A stretch of 64,000 bases of DNA from Octopus vulgaris (taxonomy: Eukaryota): positions 84,878,001-84,942,000 of the forward strand of contig OX597814.1 of the NCBI GenBank assembly GCA_951406725.2, in the 5' to 3' direction. Each line of letters begins with the position of its first letter. Position 1 is the first letter of the stretch. The notes beneath the pieces were generated by a model. That model was not told where the DNA came from. It saw only the letters and a program-made list of their open reading frames with translations, and searched no databases. Below, one piece after another: positions 26,754 through 40,066 of this stretch. The position numbers were made by a program, and so were the translations under genes.

Positions 26754-27133
26754 CCAGCCCACTTATGCATACCTTTCCCTCTTGGGAGAGAAAACTCTGC
26801 TTGTGAAGACCTGTTGAGGCAAGTGAAATTGGAATTGAAATCGCTCAAAAATCAATGGAAATTGTAGTTGTGGTACCAGTGTCGGTGGCATGTAAAAGAA
26901 CCATCTGGGCATGGCCGTTGCCAGCGCCGCCCCGACTGGCCTCCATGCCTCCTGGCTTCCCAAACGCCAGTCGAACCGTCCAACCCATGCTAGCATGGAA
27001 AGCTGATGTTAAACGATGATGATGATACATATATATATATATGTCCATACATGTGTATGTATATGTACATGTGTATATTTGTAGATACATATATGTGAAT
27101 ATGAATGTGTATATGTACATGTGTGTGTGTATA

Positions 27134-27183
<50 letters not shown>

Positions 27184-27189
27184 TATGTG

Positions 27190-27345
27190 TCACTGTGTGG
27201 TAAGTAGCTTGCTTACCAATCTCATGGTTCCAGGTTCAGTCCCCCTGCGTGGAACCTTGGGTAAGTGTCTCCTACTATAGCCTTGGGCTGACCAAAGCCT
27301 TGTGAGTGGATTTGGTAGAGGGAAACTGAAACAAGCCCATTGTAT
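27190..27345 (+). mobile_element. tRNA-derived SINE family B, 5' module
   Basis: TGTGTGGTAAG...GGTTCAGTCCC...CCTTGGG(C/T)AAGTGTCT. Relatives at ~39880-40015(-), 42060-42200, 48610-48750, 50010-50160(-), 50690-50835(-), 51160-51320; companion 3' module at ~27895-28090, 50450-50640(-), 51440-51640, 52750-52900. Confidence 0.75.
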
Positions 27346-27716
27346 ATATATATGTGTGCATATGTATATATATATATGTGTGTATATAATATATATATAT
27401 GTGTGTGTGTATATATATATATATATATGTATGTATATATATATGTGTGTGTGTATACACACATATATATATGTATATATATATATATCATCATCATCAC
27501 GGACGTTAAACGATGATGATGATGATGATATATATATATATATACATATATATATGTGTGTGTATATATATATATGTATATATATGTGTGTATATATATA
27601 TTATATATATATATATACCGAAGTAAGCACATAAATGTGGAACAAGGTGGAAAATAGAGTACTCAAATACCAGAGGTAGAGTAATATGCTTTATTTAAAA
27701 GCAGCAGAAATATAAC

Positions 27717-27762
27717 AAAAGCTGTTACTCAGAGTTTCACGTTCCCGTTCGTCGGACAGTTT
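27717..27762 (-). ncRNA. Minimal type I hammerhead ribozyme (CCGACGA core variant)
   Basis: Minus strand CTGT-CCGACGA-ACG GGAA CGT-GAAA-CTC T GAG-TA-ACAG. Confidence 0.72.
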
Positions 27763-27796
27763 GTATCCCCTACCATCACTTGACAGTTTTGTTGAC

Positions 27797-27844
27797 AAAA
27801 TTGTCTGACGAATGGGAACGTGAAACTCCGAGTAACAACTTTTG
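27797..27844 (+). ncRNA. Minimal type I hammerhead ribozyme
   Basis: TTGT-CTGACGA (27805-27811)-ATG GGAA CGT-GAAA-CTC C GAG-TA-ACAA; predicted cleavage after 27834. Confidence 0.75.
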
Positions 27845-28230
27845 TTATATTTCTGCTGCTTTTAAATAAAGTATATATATATATATATGAGTATATGTTT
27901 GTGTCTGTGTCCCCCACCATCACTTGACAACCAATGCTGGTATGTTTATGTCCCTGTAACTTGGCGGTATGATAAAAGAGTCCGATAGAATAAGTACTAG
28001 GCTTACAAAGTATGAGTCCTGGGGTTATTTTGTTTGACTAAAGGCAGTACTTCAGCATGGTTGCAGTCAAAGGACTGAAACATATAAAAGAATATACATT
28101 TACATGAGTGTATGTGCATATGTATGTATATATGTGTATGTATGTACATAAGTGTATGTGTGCTTGTTCATATATGTATATATATGTACATGTATATATA
28201 TATATATTTGTGTATATGTACACATACGTC

Positions 28231-29190
<960 letters not shown>

Positions 29191-29400
29191 TAGGGCTATA
29201 CAACGGTGGTGTTCCCCCTACTGTCACGTTCTTGTTAGATTGACAGTATACAACCATTCTATCGCCCCACCACCGTACATGTCTCTACGAGAGATTTAGA
29301 AATTCAATATTTCTTATTTTGATAATCAGTGAATAAACTTCACTGAGTATACATATATGCAATTATGAAGTCGAGGCAAATATCACCAGCCGACCGGTGT

Positions 29401-29458
29401 CTGCTACTCTAGGCCGATGAAGGACAATGATCCTGAAACACGGTGTCCCTAGATGCAG
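29401..29458 (+). ncRNA. Type I hammerhead ribozyme, unit 1
   Basis: TCTAGG-CCGATGA (29414-29420)-AGGA CAATGA TCCT-GAAA-CACGGTG-TC-CCTAGA; predicted cleavage after 29447; stem I extends through CTGC/GCAG. Confidence 0.82.
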
Positions 29459-29765
29459 TTCCGGTGGCCGGGAGTGTTTGTCTCCCCTTCGTATATGTAT
29501 ATAAGGACACAGGGAAAAAATGTGTCGAAGCTATCAGGAGGCGTCCGATGCCTCATAGAGCTATACAACGGTGGTGTACCCCCTACTGTCACGTTCTTGT
29601 TAGATTGACAGTATACAACCATTCTATCGCCCCACCACCGTACATGTCTCTATGAGAGATTTAGAAATTCAATATTTCTTATTTTGATAATCAGTGAATA
29701 AACTTCACTGAGTATACATATATACAATTATGAAGTCGAGGCAAATATCACCAGCCGACCGGTGT

Positions 29766-29823
29766 CTGCTACTCTAGGCCGATGAAGGACAATGATCCTG
29801 AAACACGGTGTCCCTAGATGCAG
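29766..29823 (+). ncRNA. Type I hammerhead ribozyme, unit 2
   Basis: Identical motif 365 bp downstream; predicted cleavage after 29812. Confidence 0.82.
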
Positions 29824-30949
29824 TTCCGGCGGCTGGGGTTGTTTCTCTCCCCTTCGTATATGTATATAAGGACACAGGGAAAAAATGTGTCGAAGCTATC
29901 AGGAGGCGTTCAATGCCTCCTAGGGCTATACAACGGTGGTGTACTCCCTACTGTCACGTTCTTGTTAGATTGACAGTATACAACCATTCTATACATATAT
30001 CTATATGTATATATATACATATATCTATATGTATATTTATTTACATATATATATGCATATATGTACAAATATATGTATATATGTACATATACATATATAT
30101 ATGTAAATATACATATGTATAGGGAGAGTTTACGAAAAAAACAAAAGACGAAGACAGGTGGTGTACAAAACAGGTGTATTAGTATATACATATGTATATA
30201 TGTACGTAGACATATGTATATATACGTATATATATTTCTTTATTGCCCACAAGGGCTAAACATAGAGGGGACAAACAAGGACAGACAAAGGGATTAAGTC
30301 GATTACTTTGACTCCAGTGCATAACTGGTACTTTATTTATTAACTCCAGTGTATAACCGGTACTTTATTTATTGGCCCCGAAAGGATGAACGGCAAAGTC
30401 GGCCTTGGTAGAATTTGAACTCGGAATGCAATGGCAGACGAAATACCCATTTCTTTACTACCCACAAGGGGCTAAGCACAGAAGGGACAAACAAGGACAG
30501 ACAAACAGATTAAGTCGATTAGATCGACCCCAGTGTGTAACTGGTACTTAATTTATCGACCCCGAAAGGATGAAAGGCAAAGTCGACCTCGGCAGAATTT
30601 GAACTCAGAACATAGCGGCAGACGAAATACCGCTAAGCATTTTGCCCGACACGCTAATGTTTCTGCCAGCTCGCCGCCTTAATGTACATATACATATATG
30701 TATATGTACATATGCATATATGTATATATATGTACATACATATATGTGTGTGTGTGTGTATGTGTATATATATATATCTGTATATATATGCACCTATATA
30801 TGTATGTATATACACGGTGTATAAGATATTTGAGGACAGGTTTATGTTTATAGAAAAAACAGATATAAAATAACAGATAACTTTATGTATCAAAAAATGC
30901 TATAAAAATATACCCAGAGAAGGTTGTGTTTGTATGTGGAAGATGCACA

Positions 30950-31786
30950 GGAGCCATAAAAACTACAGATACTTGGGAAATTGATTTTCTCAAATGCCCC
31001 TGATGATCTTTAGAGGTAGTAGATAATTCCTGCTACCTAAGGGACAAAATTAGCTGTGGAGGAGGATACACAGAAAGTGTAATTGCTAGAATAAGAGTAG
31101 GATGGAAAAATGTAGAGGGTTTTTACTTCAGTTGACAACTAAATCTTTCTCTCTCTGAGTGAAAGGAAGATTGTATGTTGCATGTACATGAACAGCAATG
31201 CTACATGGTAGTGAGACATTGATCCTGAATGCAGAAGACATGCAAAGGCTAGAGAAGAATGAAGGTAGGATGCTTCACTGGATGTGCAGTGTCGGTGTAC
31301 ATGTGCAACAGAGCACTAGTGTTTTGAAAGAAATGTTGGGTATAAGAGGAATTAGATGCAGTGTGCAACAGAAGACTGCACTGGTTTGGTCATGTAATAT
31401 GTATGGATGTTGACAGTTTTAGAATACAGAAGTACTGAATAAATACTTAAAGTGGATAGTATTTGTGGAAGGGGAGATACAGGAAGACATAGGACATAAT
31501 ATTGAAGGCCAATCTCAAGATACTGAGCTGGAACATTGTTGTACGCAAGAAGACCCATCTGTCACAGCAGAATTGATGCCAGTGCTAGTGCCACATAAAA
31601 AGCACTCATGCTGGTGTCATGCCAAATGCACTGGTGCTGGTGCCACTTAAAAAGCACCCAGTACACTCTGTAGAGTGGTTGCATTAGTAAGAACATACAA
31701 TGGAGCTTAGTGTAGTTACAGGCCTTTTCAGCACTAGTCAAACTGTCCAACTCATGCCAGCATGGAAAACAGACATTAAATATTGA

Positions 31787-31790
<4 letters not shown>
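30950..31790 (+). mobile_element. Decayed RTE LINE 3' fragment
   Basis: MLHGSETLILNAEDMQRLEKNEGRMLHWMC; (GAT)n-type end. Confidence 0.75.
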
Positions 31791-31822
<32 letters not shown>

Positions 31823-31826
<4 letters not shown>

Positions 31827-32828
31827 ATACTAAGCAATAAAGGGTTTAGCAACGAATTGCCTTACCACAGACCGAATTTAGAAATAGCAGTCAAAGAGTT
31901 ATAGCTATTTCTTCTACTAAAAAGGGAGATCTCAGTAAAAAACACAGCAATTGGAAGGCAGACACAAACAGGTAAGAGAGAATGAATTGACGGCAATCTA
32001 TCATACAATTTTAAGTTATCTACGGACGCACGTTTCGAAATCAAGTTTTTAGGAAAGCATAAGAATTAAATATTAAATAATTCTACGTTACCCAAACTTC
32101 TTTTCTCTTCAGCGTAGAATACTATAATCATAAATGATTATATATTGAATTTTGAGATACTAGAAGGCACCAACTCAACTCAGTACCAGAGCGAGCTAGA
32201 ATCCGCAACTAGTATCACCAAACTCAAAGTGTGAATGAAAGGATTGTGTCACCAGCCCCTTCCCACCCGCGTGTAGCCAAAACAAGATGCTATGGTCATC
32301 TACTGAGATAAAATATGGTTATCTGTAATAATGAAGGGTGAAATTAATTAATTTGGAATAATTATCAATTACACCAAGTAGTCTTCGGCATGTAAAAGCC
32401 TCATTCGAGGAAAATTTAAGTAATACTAAGCAATAAAGGGTTTAGCAACGAATTGCCTTACCACAGACCGAATTTAGAAATAGCAGTCAAAGAGTTATAG
32501 CTATTTCTTCTACTAAAAAGGGAGATCTCAGTAAAAAACACAGCAATTGGAAGGCAGACACAAACAGGTAAGAGGGAATGAATTGACGGCAATCTATCAT
32601 ACAATTTTAAGTTATCTACTGAGATCTCCCTTTTTAGTAGAAGAAATAGCTATAACTCTTTGACTGCTATTTCTAAATTCGGTCTGTGGTAAGGCAATTC
32701 GTTGCTAAACCCTTTATTGCTTAGTATTGCTTAAATTTTCCTCGAATGAGGCTTTTACATGCCGAAGACTACTTGGTGTAATTGATAATTATTCCAAATT
32801 AATTAATTTCACCCTTCATTATTACGGA

Positions 32829-32833
<5 letters not shown>
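31823..32833 (-). mobile_element. Non-coding Penelope-like pLTR element: 596-bp-period partial tandem plus inverted terminal copy
   Basis: 31823-32023 repeated at 32419-32619; 32617-32833 is the reverse complement of ~32317-32533; (TA)n on both sides. Confidence 0.75.
32017..32120 (-). ncRNA. Type I hammerhead ribozyme
   Basis: Minus strand TCTACG-CTGAAGA-GAAA...(long stem II)...TTTC-GAAA-CGTGCG-TC-CGTAGA. Confidence 0.8.
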
Positions 32834-32877
<44 letters not shown>

Positions 32878-33159
32878 AATCCAAACGGGAAACAAAAAAA
32901 CAACAACAATGGAACAATTACAGTATTATTATTAATAGGCGCTCAGGAAATGGAAGCAGGGAGGTATGACGTTTCGAGCGGAGCTCTTCGTCGGAAACAT
33001 AAAGAAGGAAGAGAGAGGAAAGAAAGATCCCGGAGCGGGCAACGGAGATAGAGAAAAAAACGGCTGGTGTTAAGTGTAGCACATGGTGAAAGGCGATATA
33101 TATAGATGCATAATGCTGCTGTCTCCCATCCCAGGGTCTCTCCGGTCCACATCTTCCAC

Positions 33160-36100
33160 ACCCTCAGAGTTGACACAATGTTGGCACATTGAGAGGTAGG
33201 TCTGGTGAGATTGTTGAGATGCTTGAATGGAGATGTATAGATTTGTACTGCATCCAAGAAGTAAGATAGACAGGAAGCTCTGCTAGGTTCCTCACAGGCA
33301 AAGAACATAGGTATAAGATTTTCTGGGTAGGGAACACTGATGGGGTTGGGGGCATGGGTATATTCCTTGCAGAGAAATGGGTTGATAACGTAATCGAGGT
33401 AGTCAGAGTCTGTGATAGAATACTTAAGCTTAGAACAGAAAGACCGATTTTATGATACCCTCTTGCAGACTACCTCATCAACGAAATACAGGGATCTTCT
33501 CTTTGTGGCTGGTGACTTCAACAGGCTTGTTGGACAACATCCAGAGTGTACATGGTGGCTACAGATTTGCTCCCTGCAATGAAGAGGGAACCAAGTTGCT
33601 GGAGTTCTGTGATGCAAATAATCTTATGATTTGTAATACTAACTTCAGGAAACCTACCAGTCACCTGTTCACCTACCAGTTTCGTGAGCACACTATTCAT
33701 ATTGAATACATTCTTGCCAGGAAACAGGAAAGATGGTTACTTATAAATGTTAAAACTTTCCCAGGTGAAGAATACACCCCACAACATAGGTTAGTAGTTA
33801 GCGACTTCAGGATCAGGGCTAAATGACTGCCCAGAAGGTGACCAGCATGGAAGAGTCTGGAAGCTTAAGGATCTTCTGAATGGACAGAGATTTAGAGACA
33901 TATCACTTGAAGCTTTTGATGAAAAAGAGGAGGATATAACATTACATAATGTGGATGATAACTGGAGTTTCCTACAGGACAACCTCTTGAGGATTACTGA
34001 CCAGATCTGTGGCTGGTGCAAAGTCCCCTCTTGACCTAAGGTAATATGGTGGTGGAACAATGTAGTTGACAGAGTCATTAGGGAAAAGAAATAGGCATGG
34101 AAGGACTAGAAGTGTGGTGGTAGCAGGGAATGGTATCAGATTGCCAAAAGGGAAGCTAAGAGATAGGTTTACTTAGTCAGAGGGGAAGCAGATAAGAAAA
34201 AATTGTAATTGTTCTGCATTGTGAGGACCAGTGACTTGAAGTATTTCATATTGCAAGACAGTGTATGAGAGAGTATCATGATGTCATAGGAGAGAAATGT
34301 GTCCACATGGATGATGACTCACTTGCACTTAATGATGTTGCGAAGAGAGAGACTTGGAGACGTCACTATGAAATGTTGCTAAATGAAGAAAATGAATGGG
34401 AGAAAAAGAGTCTACCAAATGTTGACCCAACAGAGGGACCAGCTATTTGAATTGACAGTACCTTAGTAGATAAAGCAATTAAGGGTATGAAGACAGGGAA
34501 AGCCCCTGGCCCATCAGGAATCACTGCAGAAATGCTTAAAATATATGGCTGTGTAGGCTATAGTCTACTTACTCATATAGTCAACCAGGTAATTCATGAA
34601 GGAGTCATACTCAAGACTGGTGTAGCAGCATCATAATCAACTGCTACAAAGGTAAAGGTGATGCATTAGATAGGAATAATTACAGAGGTATCAAATTGTT
34701 GGACCAGGTGATGAAAGTCATGGAGAGGGTCATAGCCCAACTAATTAGGGAGAGAGTTAGTTTAGACAAGATGCAGTTTGGGTTCTTGCCAGGGAGAAGC
34801 ACTACTGATGCTATATTTCTGGTAAGAGAGCTGCAGGAGAAATTTCTAGCCAAAGATAAATCTCTGTATTTGGCTTTCGTTGACATGGAGAAAGCATTTG
34901 AGAGGAACCCCCAATCCCTTATCTGGTGGTTAATGTGGAAACTAGGGATAGATGAGTGGTTGGTGAGAGCTGTACAAGCCATGTACAGAGATGCTGTCAG
35001 TAAGGGGAGGTTTGTCAATGAGTATAGTGAAGAATTTTGGGTAGAAGTAGGGATTCACCAAGGATCAGTCCTCAGGCCGCTCTTATTCATCATAGTTCTC
35101 CAGGCAATAATAAAGGAATTTAAGACAGATTGCCCCTAGGAGCTCCTCTATGCTGATGACCTTGCTCTAATAGCTGAGTACAAGAGAAGTTTCAGGTGTG
35201 GAAGCAAGGTTTAAAATCAAAGGGCCTTAGAGTTATTCTATCAAAACCAAAGTCTTAGTAAGTAGGAAGGCAGACAAATAAAAAATCTCTTCAGGTAGAT
35301 GGCTCTGCTTGATCTGCAGAAAAGGTGTAGGTAGAAACTCTATAAGATGTACCTGGTGTAAGCTATGGACACATAAGAGGTGCAGCAATATCAAAGGAAG
35401 GTTAACTGGGAAGATAGGTTTTTTTTGTGTGTGTGTGACTGATGTACAAGGACAATAAACACCATAGACATACTGAAAACAGATTCCATCACATGCCAAA
35501 GGGAAAAAGTAGAAGTAGTTGATAGCTTCAGTTACCTAGGTGACCAAGTCAGAAGCGAGGGTGGATGCTCTGAGAGCATAGCTGCTAGAATAAGAATAGC
35601 CTGGAAAAAGTTCAGAGAGCTCCTACATCTGCTGGTAACAAAGGGCTTCTTGCTCAGAATGAAAGGTAGACTGTATGGTGCATGTGTGCAAACAACTATG
35701 CTACACAATAGTGAAACATAGACTGTGATTGCTGAAAACATGCATAGGCTTGAAAGAAATGAAGTGAGTATGCTCCGCTGGATGTGTAATGCCAGTGGGC
35801 ATACACGATAGTGTAAGCTCCCTGAGAGAAAAGTTGGACATAAGAAGCATCAGATGTAGTGTGCGAGAGGGAAGACTGCACTGGTATGGTAATATGTTGC
35901 ATATGGATGAGGACAGCTGTGTGAAGAAGTGTCACACCCAAACACTGGAGGGAACCTGTGGAAGAGGTAGATCCAAGAAGACTTGGATGATGTGAAGCAT
36001 GACCTTCAAATGTTGGGCCTCACAGAAGCAATGGCAAGTGACCAAGACCTTTGTAGATATGCTATGCTTGAGAAGACCCAGCAAGCCAAGTGAAATCATA

Positions 36101-36400
36101 TCTGGTCAATGCCAGTGTAGCATAACTGGCCCATTTAAAAGTACCCTTCAATTGTTAGGTAATATGTTGTGCTTGAGAAGACCTGTTGAGTCAAGTGAAA
36201 TCATTGTCGTGGCCAATGCCAATGCCAGTGCCGCCTGACTGGTCCCCATGGTAGTGGCTCGTTAAAAGCACCCACTACACACTTGGAGTGGTTGACATTA
36301 GGAAAGGCATTCAGCTGTAGAAACCTTGCCAGAACAGATTGGAGCCTGGTCAAACTGTCCAATCCATGCCAGAATGGTAAGTGGATGTTAAACAATGATG
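33160..36400 (+). mobile_element. Near full-length RTE-clade LINE (APE plus RT), pseudogenised
   Basis: NVGTL, CIQEVR, AGDFN, PQHRLVV (APE); KAPGPSGI, YRGIKLL, QFGFLPGRSTTDAIF, FVDMEKAF, GIHQGSVL, LLYADDLAL (RT); many stops; (GAT) tail. Confidence 0.93.
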
Positions 36401-36463
<63 letters not shown>

Positions 36464-36466
<3 letters not shown>

Positions 36467-37706
36467 GGGTTGAACAAAATAATGGAAACACCTTAAAATT
36501 GCAAACAAATTTATTTTAACATAGGGTAGGACCACCTTTGGCAGTAATTACAGCTTGAATTCTACAAGGTACGGACTCATACAAAGTTTGAATTGTTTCC
36601 AAAGGAATTTTTGTCCATTCTTCAGCTAAAACAGTCTCCAGTTGTTGTAGTGATGAGGGTGGAGGATATTGACTACTTAGTTGTTTTTCTAAAATGCACC
36701 ATAAATATTCAATAATATTGTGATGTTGGGACTGTAGTGGCTAGATAAGATATTAACTTCACTAGAATCTTCCTCATGCCATTCAGTAACAACTTTAGCT
36801 GTGTGTATTGGTGCATTATCATCCTGAAACAGTTCCGCTACCATAGGATGGATTTGATTAGTTAAGATGCTTAAATAGTCTTGACTGTTAATTCTGCCTT
36901 GCAGGGAAGCCATTGGGCCGGCAGATTTCCAAGATATAGCCCCCCCAGATCATCACAGATCCTCCTCCATGTTTAACAGTTGGAAGAAGGCAGTCTGGGT
37001 CAAATGCTTCTTTTGGCTGTCTCCACATGTATATTCAGCTGGTTTCAGAAATAAGGTAAAGGATGACTCGTCCGAGAAAATAACTTTCTTCCACTGCTAT
37101 AGGGACCAATTCTCTATGTTTTTACTCCACCATAAACGTTTTGCAACATTTGTTTTTGAAAGTAGTGGTTTTCTGATTGCAACCCTCCCATGAAATCCGG
37201 CTTTGTGCAGCTCCCAGCGAACAGCTTTTGTGGAAACTGGATTTCTGAGGTGGTCATTAAGCTCAGCAGTAATATTGGGAGCTGTACTTTTGTGATCCTT
37301 TCTAACAATTCACATGAGAGTCCAATGGTCCGTATCTGAAAGTTTTGGTTTTCTTCTGGAGTTTTGTTTCGAAGAGGAGGTTTTTCCCTCTTTCTCAAAG
37401 GCTGTCATAACTTTTGAGACAGTACTTCTTGATACACTAAACATTTTGGCTGTTTTCATTACACTAGTGCCTGCCATATGAGCACCAGCAATTTGGCCTC
37501 TTTTAAAGTCTGATAGATCTTTAATTTTAATGAATTTTAATTACATTTTTCTGGTGATATCTGAAAAGAAACAGCAATTTTAGCAAAACATATTAAGCAA
37601 CACTAATAATAAAGAAAAAAAAACACAAACATATATAAGGTTTTGATGGCTTTATAGATATTTCAAAATTATGATACTAGGATGCTATTATTTTGTCCAA
37701 CCCCTT
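36464..37706 (-). mobile_element. Tc1-family DNA transposon, degenerate transposase
   Basis: TIRs CAGGGGTTGAACAAAATAATG / TATTATTTTGTCCAACCCCT with TA flanks; VIFSDESSF, FQDDNAPIH and IEYLW motifs on the minus strand. Confidence 0.9.
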
Positions 37707-37712
37707 TATATA

Positions 37713-37744
<32 letters not shown>

Positions 37745-38759
37745 AATAAAACTCTGAATGAGGTATAAACTGTAGCTGCACGACAATGTGAAGTATATTT
37801 GCTACTTAAATGTGGCCAATCACTAAGGGTGGATGCTACTGTAGCTTGTAGCCCCAGGAGAACATCTCCTCCAGCTGGCTATTGACACACTTTCTGTGCC
37901 TTATCAGTATTTACAAAGGGAAGCCATCCTTCCCATTGTCAACCTGACGTGATACACATGGACCCGAGTTTCTGGGTATTTACCCGTTGTCAGCGCACAA
38001 CAATCACCAGTCTTCGATGCAAAAGGGTCCCAATGCAAATACATATATCCTGTTTCCAGTGACTTCAACATCATTTATGGTCCGTGTTTCGTGAGTCAGA
38101 TGGTTTGACAGGATATGATGTATCCAAGGACTGCATCATACTCCAAAGTCAGCTTTGGCATGATTTCTATGGGTGGATGCTCTTCCAAAAACTGAACACT
38201 TTACACCATGTATTGGGCACCGTTTTTGTGCCACCTGCACTATTGAAGTTGCCTTGCAACTCATGAGTCTTTTGGGGTAGGTTGAGGTGAGTTAGATTCA
38301 TGCTAGGGATGAGGGAATTACTATAAGAAATGGGATGCAGAGCAGCTTTTGGAGAGGGTACTATTTAGCTGCCTACATCTATTCCTGGAGAGGGAGAAAG
38401 TAAAAATGATCAGTAGGGGTTGCAAGAGATAGATGATGGTCAGGAGGTACAAGGTGATAGAAGTGAATGGTTTGCAAGATTGTGTGGAAAGGAAAATTAA
38501 AGGATGGGGAGGCAGACTGTCAAAACATGTAGGGTTAAAGGTGGGTAAACTAACAACTATGAATTGGGGAAAGTAGAGAAATGCAGAAGGGAGTGAGGAA
38601 GAGGTAAGCAAAAAGAGTAGTAAAGATAATACAATTGTCAGTGGGAGGACAAGATAGAGATGACATAGTTAGGGTATCTGTAAGAGCTGGGAAGAGGCAG
38701 GCACAATGTATGGGAGGGGATGAATTACTGTAATGTGTGTGGAGAACACATAACACTTC

Positions 38760-39440
38760 CAGAACTCAGTTTTGCTATGGAAGACCCACCTTTTTGATAA
38801 CCTTAACCTTATATCGCCAGAAATCTTGATCCTTTGTCATCTCTTCTGTCAGACTCTACAGTCCTGAGGTCAGTCTTTGCCACTTCAACTCATGTCTTGG
38901 GTTTCCCTCTTCTGCAAGTTCCAGCTACATTTAGTAATTGGTACTTCTTGATACAGCATTCTTCATCCATATACATCACATGCTGATACCAGTACAGTCT
39001 TCTTTTTTGCACAGAGTATCCAATGGAGCATGTTGCTTTATTTGTTTCCAGTCTTCTGAAATCCTCTGCATTCAGTGTCCAAGTCTCACTACCATGCAAC
39101 ATTGCTGTTTTAACACAAGCACCACGTGGTCTGCCCTTTAACTAAAGATCTTTGTTCTCAACAGTGGTAGTAATTCCCTAAGGTTTCTTCAATCAGTTCT
39201 TACTGTAGCTGCTGTACTTCAAAGCAGCCACCTCCCTTGCTAATTAACAAAAGCTATCAACTACTATTAATGATCCATCTGGGCATTTAAGAGACTCAGT
39301 TTCTGGTGTGCTTGTATGTACTGCTCCAGTGGATCTATTGCATAGGAAGCTTGCATTTTCGGATAATCTGCCAGTGATTCCACCATATCTCTAGTGTGTC
39401 CATAACTTACTTGAAGTACAGCATATGGAGTTTACTTTTC
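38760..39440 (-). mobile_element. Decayed RTE LINE 3' fragment
   Basis: MLHGSETWTLNAEDFRRLE...RRLYWYQHV...RRGKPKT. Confidence 0.75.
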
Positions 39441-39579
39441 TACATATTCTTCAATGACCTGTGTCACTTGATAAAAAAGTTATAACCACTTTTGCATTAC
39501 TTGTGGTACAACCCTTATTTTTGATGTGTCTGTGAGTGTGTGTGTATATCTTTGTGATTATTGTGGTAATTGATTTGTC

Positions 39580-39850
39580 TGTTGTCCCAGAATGATCTTT
39601 GCCAAATTCAATGCACTAGTTACAAGAGCATTCACTTTCTGTTCAGCTGTTCCTGCTAGTCTGCAGCCTAATATTTTGTCATGGTCTTGGTCCAGTTGTT
39701 GTCATTCCTTCATTTCATTCATCTTGGAACATTTGATTCAATCTCTTGCTGGTTGAGATTGGCCCTCAGGAGTGGTATTGGTTCAGTTGCTCCTCCTGAG
39801 GTGACACAGCTGGTGAGAGACTTCCTGTCCTGTGGGGTGCTTCTAGGTGT
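39580..39850 (-). pseudogene. Hero/R2-group non-LTR fragment (pre-RT region)
   Basis: Minus strand PKMNEMKE*QQLDQDHDKILGCRLAGTAEQKVNALVTSALNLAKDH, resembling the WP...W...D.D..IL...L.G segment of Hero-type elements (recalled, not searched). Confidence 0.45.
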
Positions 39851-40028
39851 TATTAGCTTATATATATATATATTTACAACATGCTCCTTTCAGTTTACAC
39901 CTACAAAATTGGCTCTTAGAACTATAGTAGAAGACACTAGCCCGAGGTGCCATGATTGGAGTTGATTCCAAAATCACGATTCAAGGTAGGCTTCTTAAGT
40001 ACACAGTGATGCCTGTATGTATGTGAAG

Positions 40029-40066
<38 letters not shown>

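Larger units (their letters stand above)
29191..29992 (+). repeat. Tandem array of 2.2 x 365-bp structured unit (retrozyme-like)
   Basis: TAG(G/A)GCTATACAACGGTGG starts at 29191, 29556 and 29921. Confidence 0.95.

Noticed and set aside
29443-30122. Repeated 70- and 104-aa ORFs in the 365-bp array
   Set aside because: GTG starts, no recognisable domain, and they overlap the ribozyme and hairpins.
30995-31050. CTGATGA as a hammerhead core
   Set aside because: No GAAA/stem III partner; it lies in RTE coding relic sequence.
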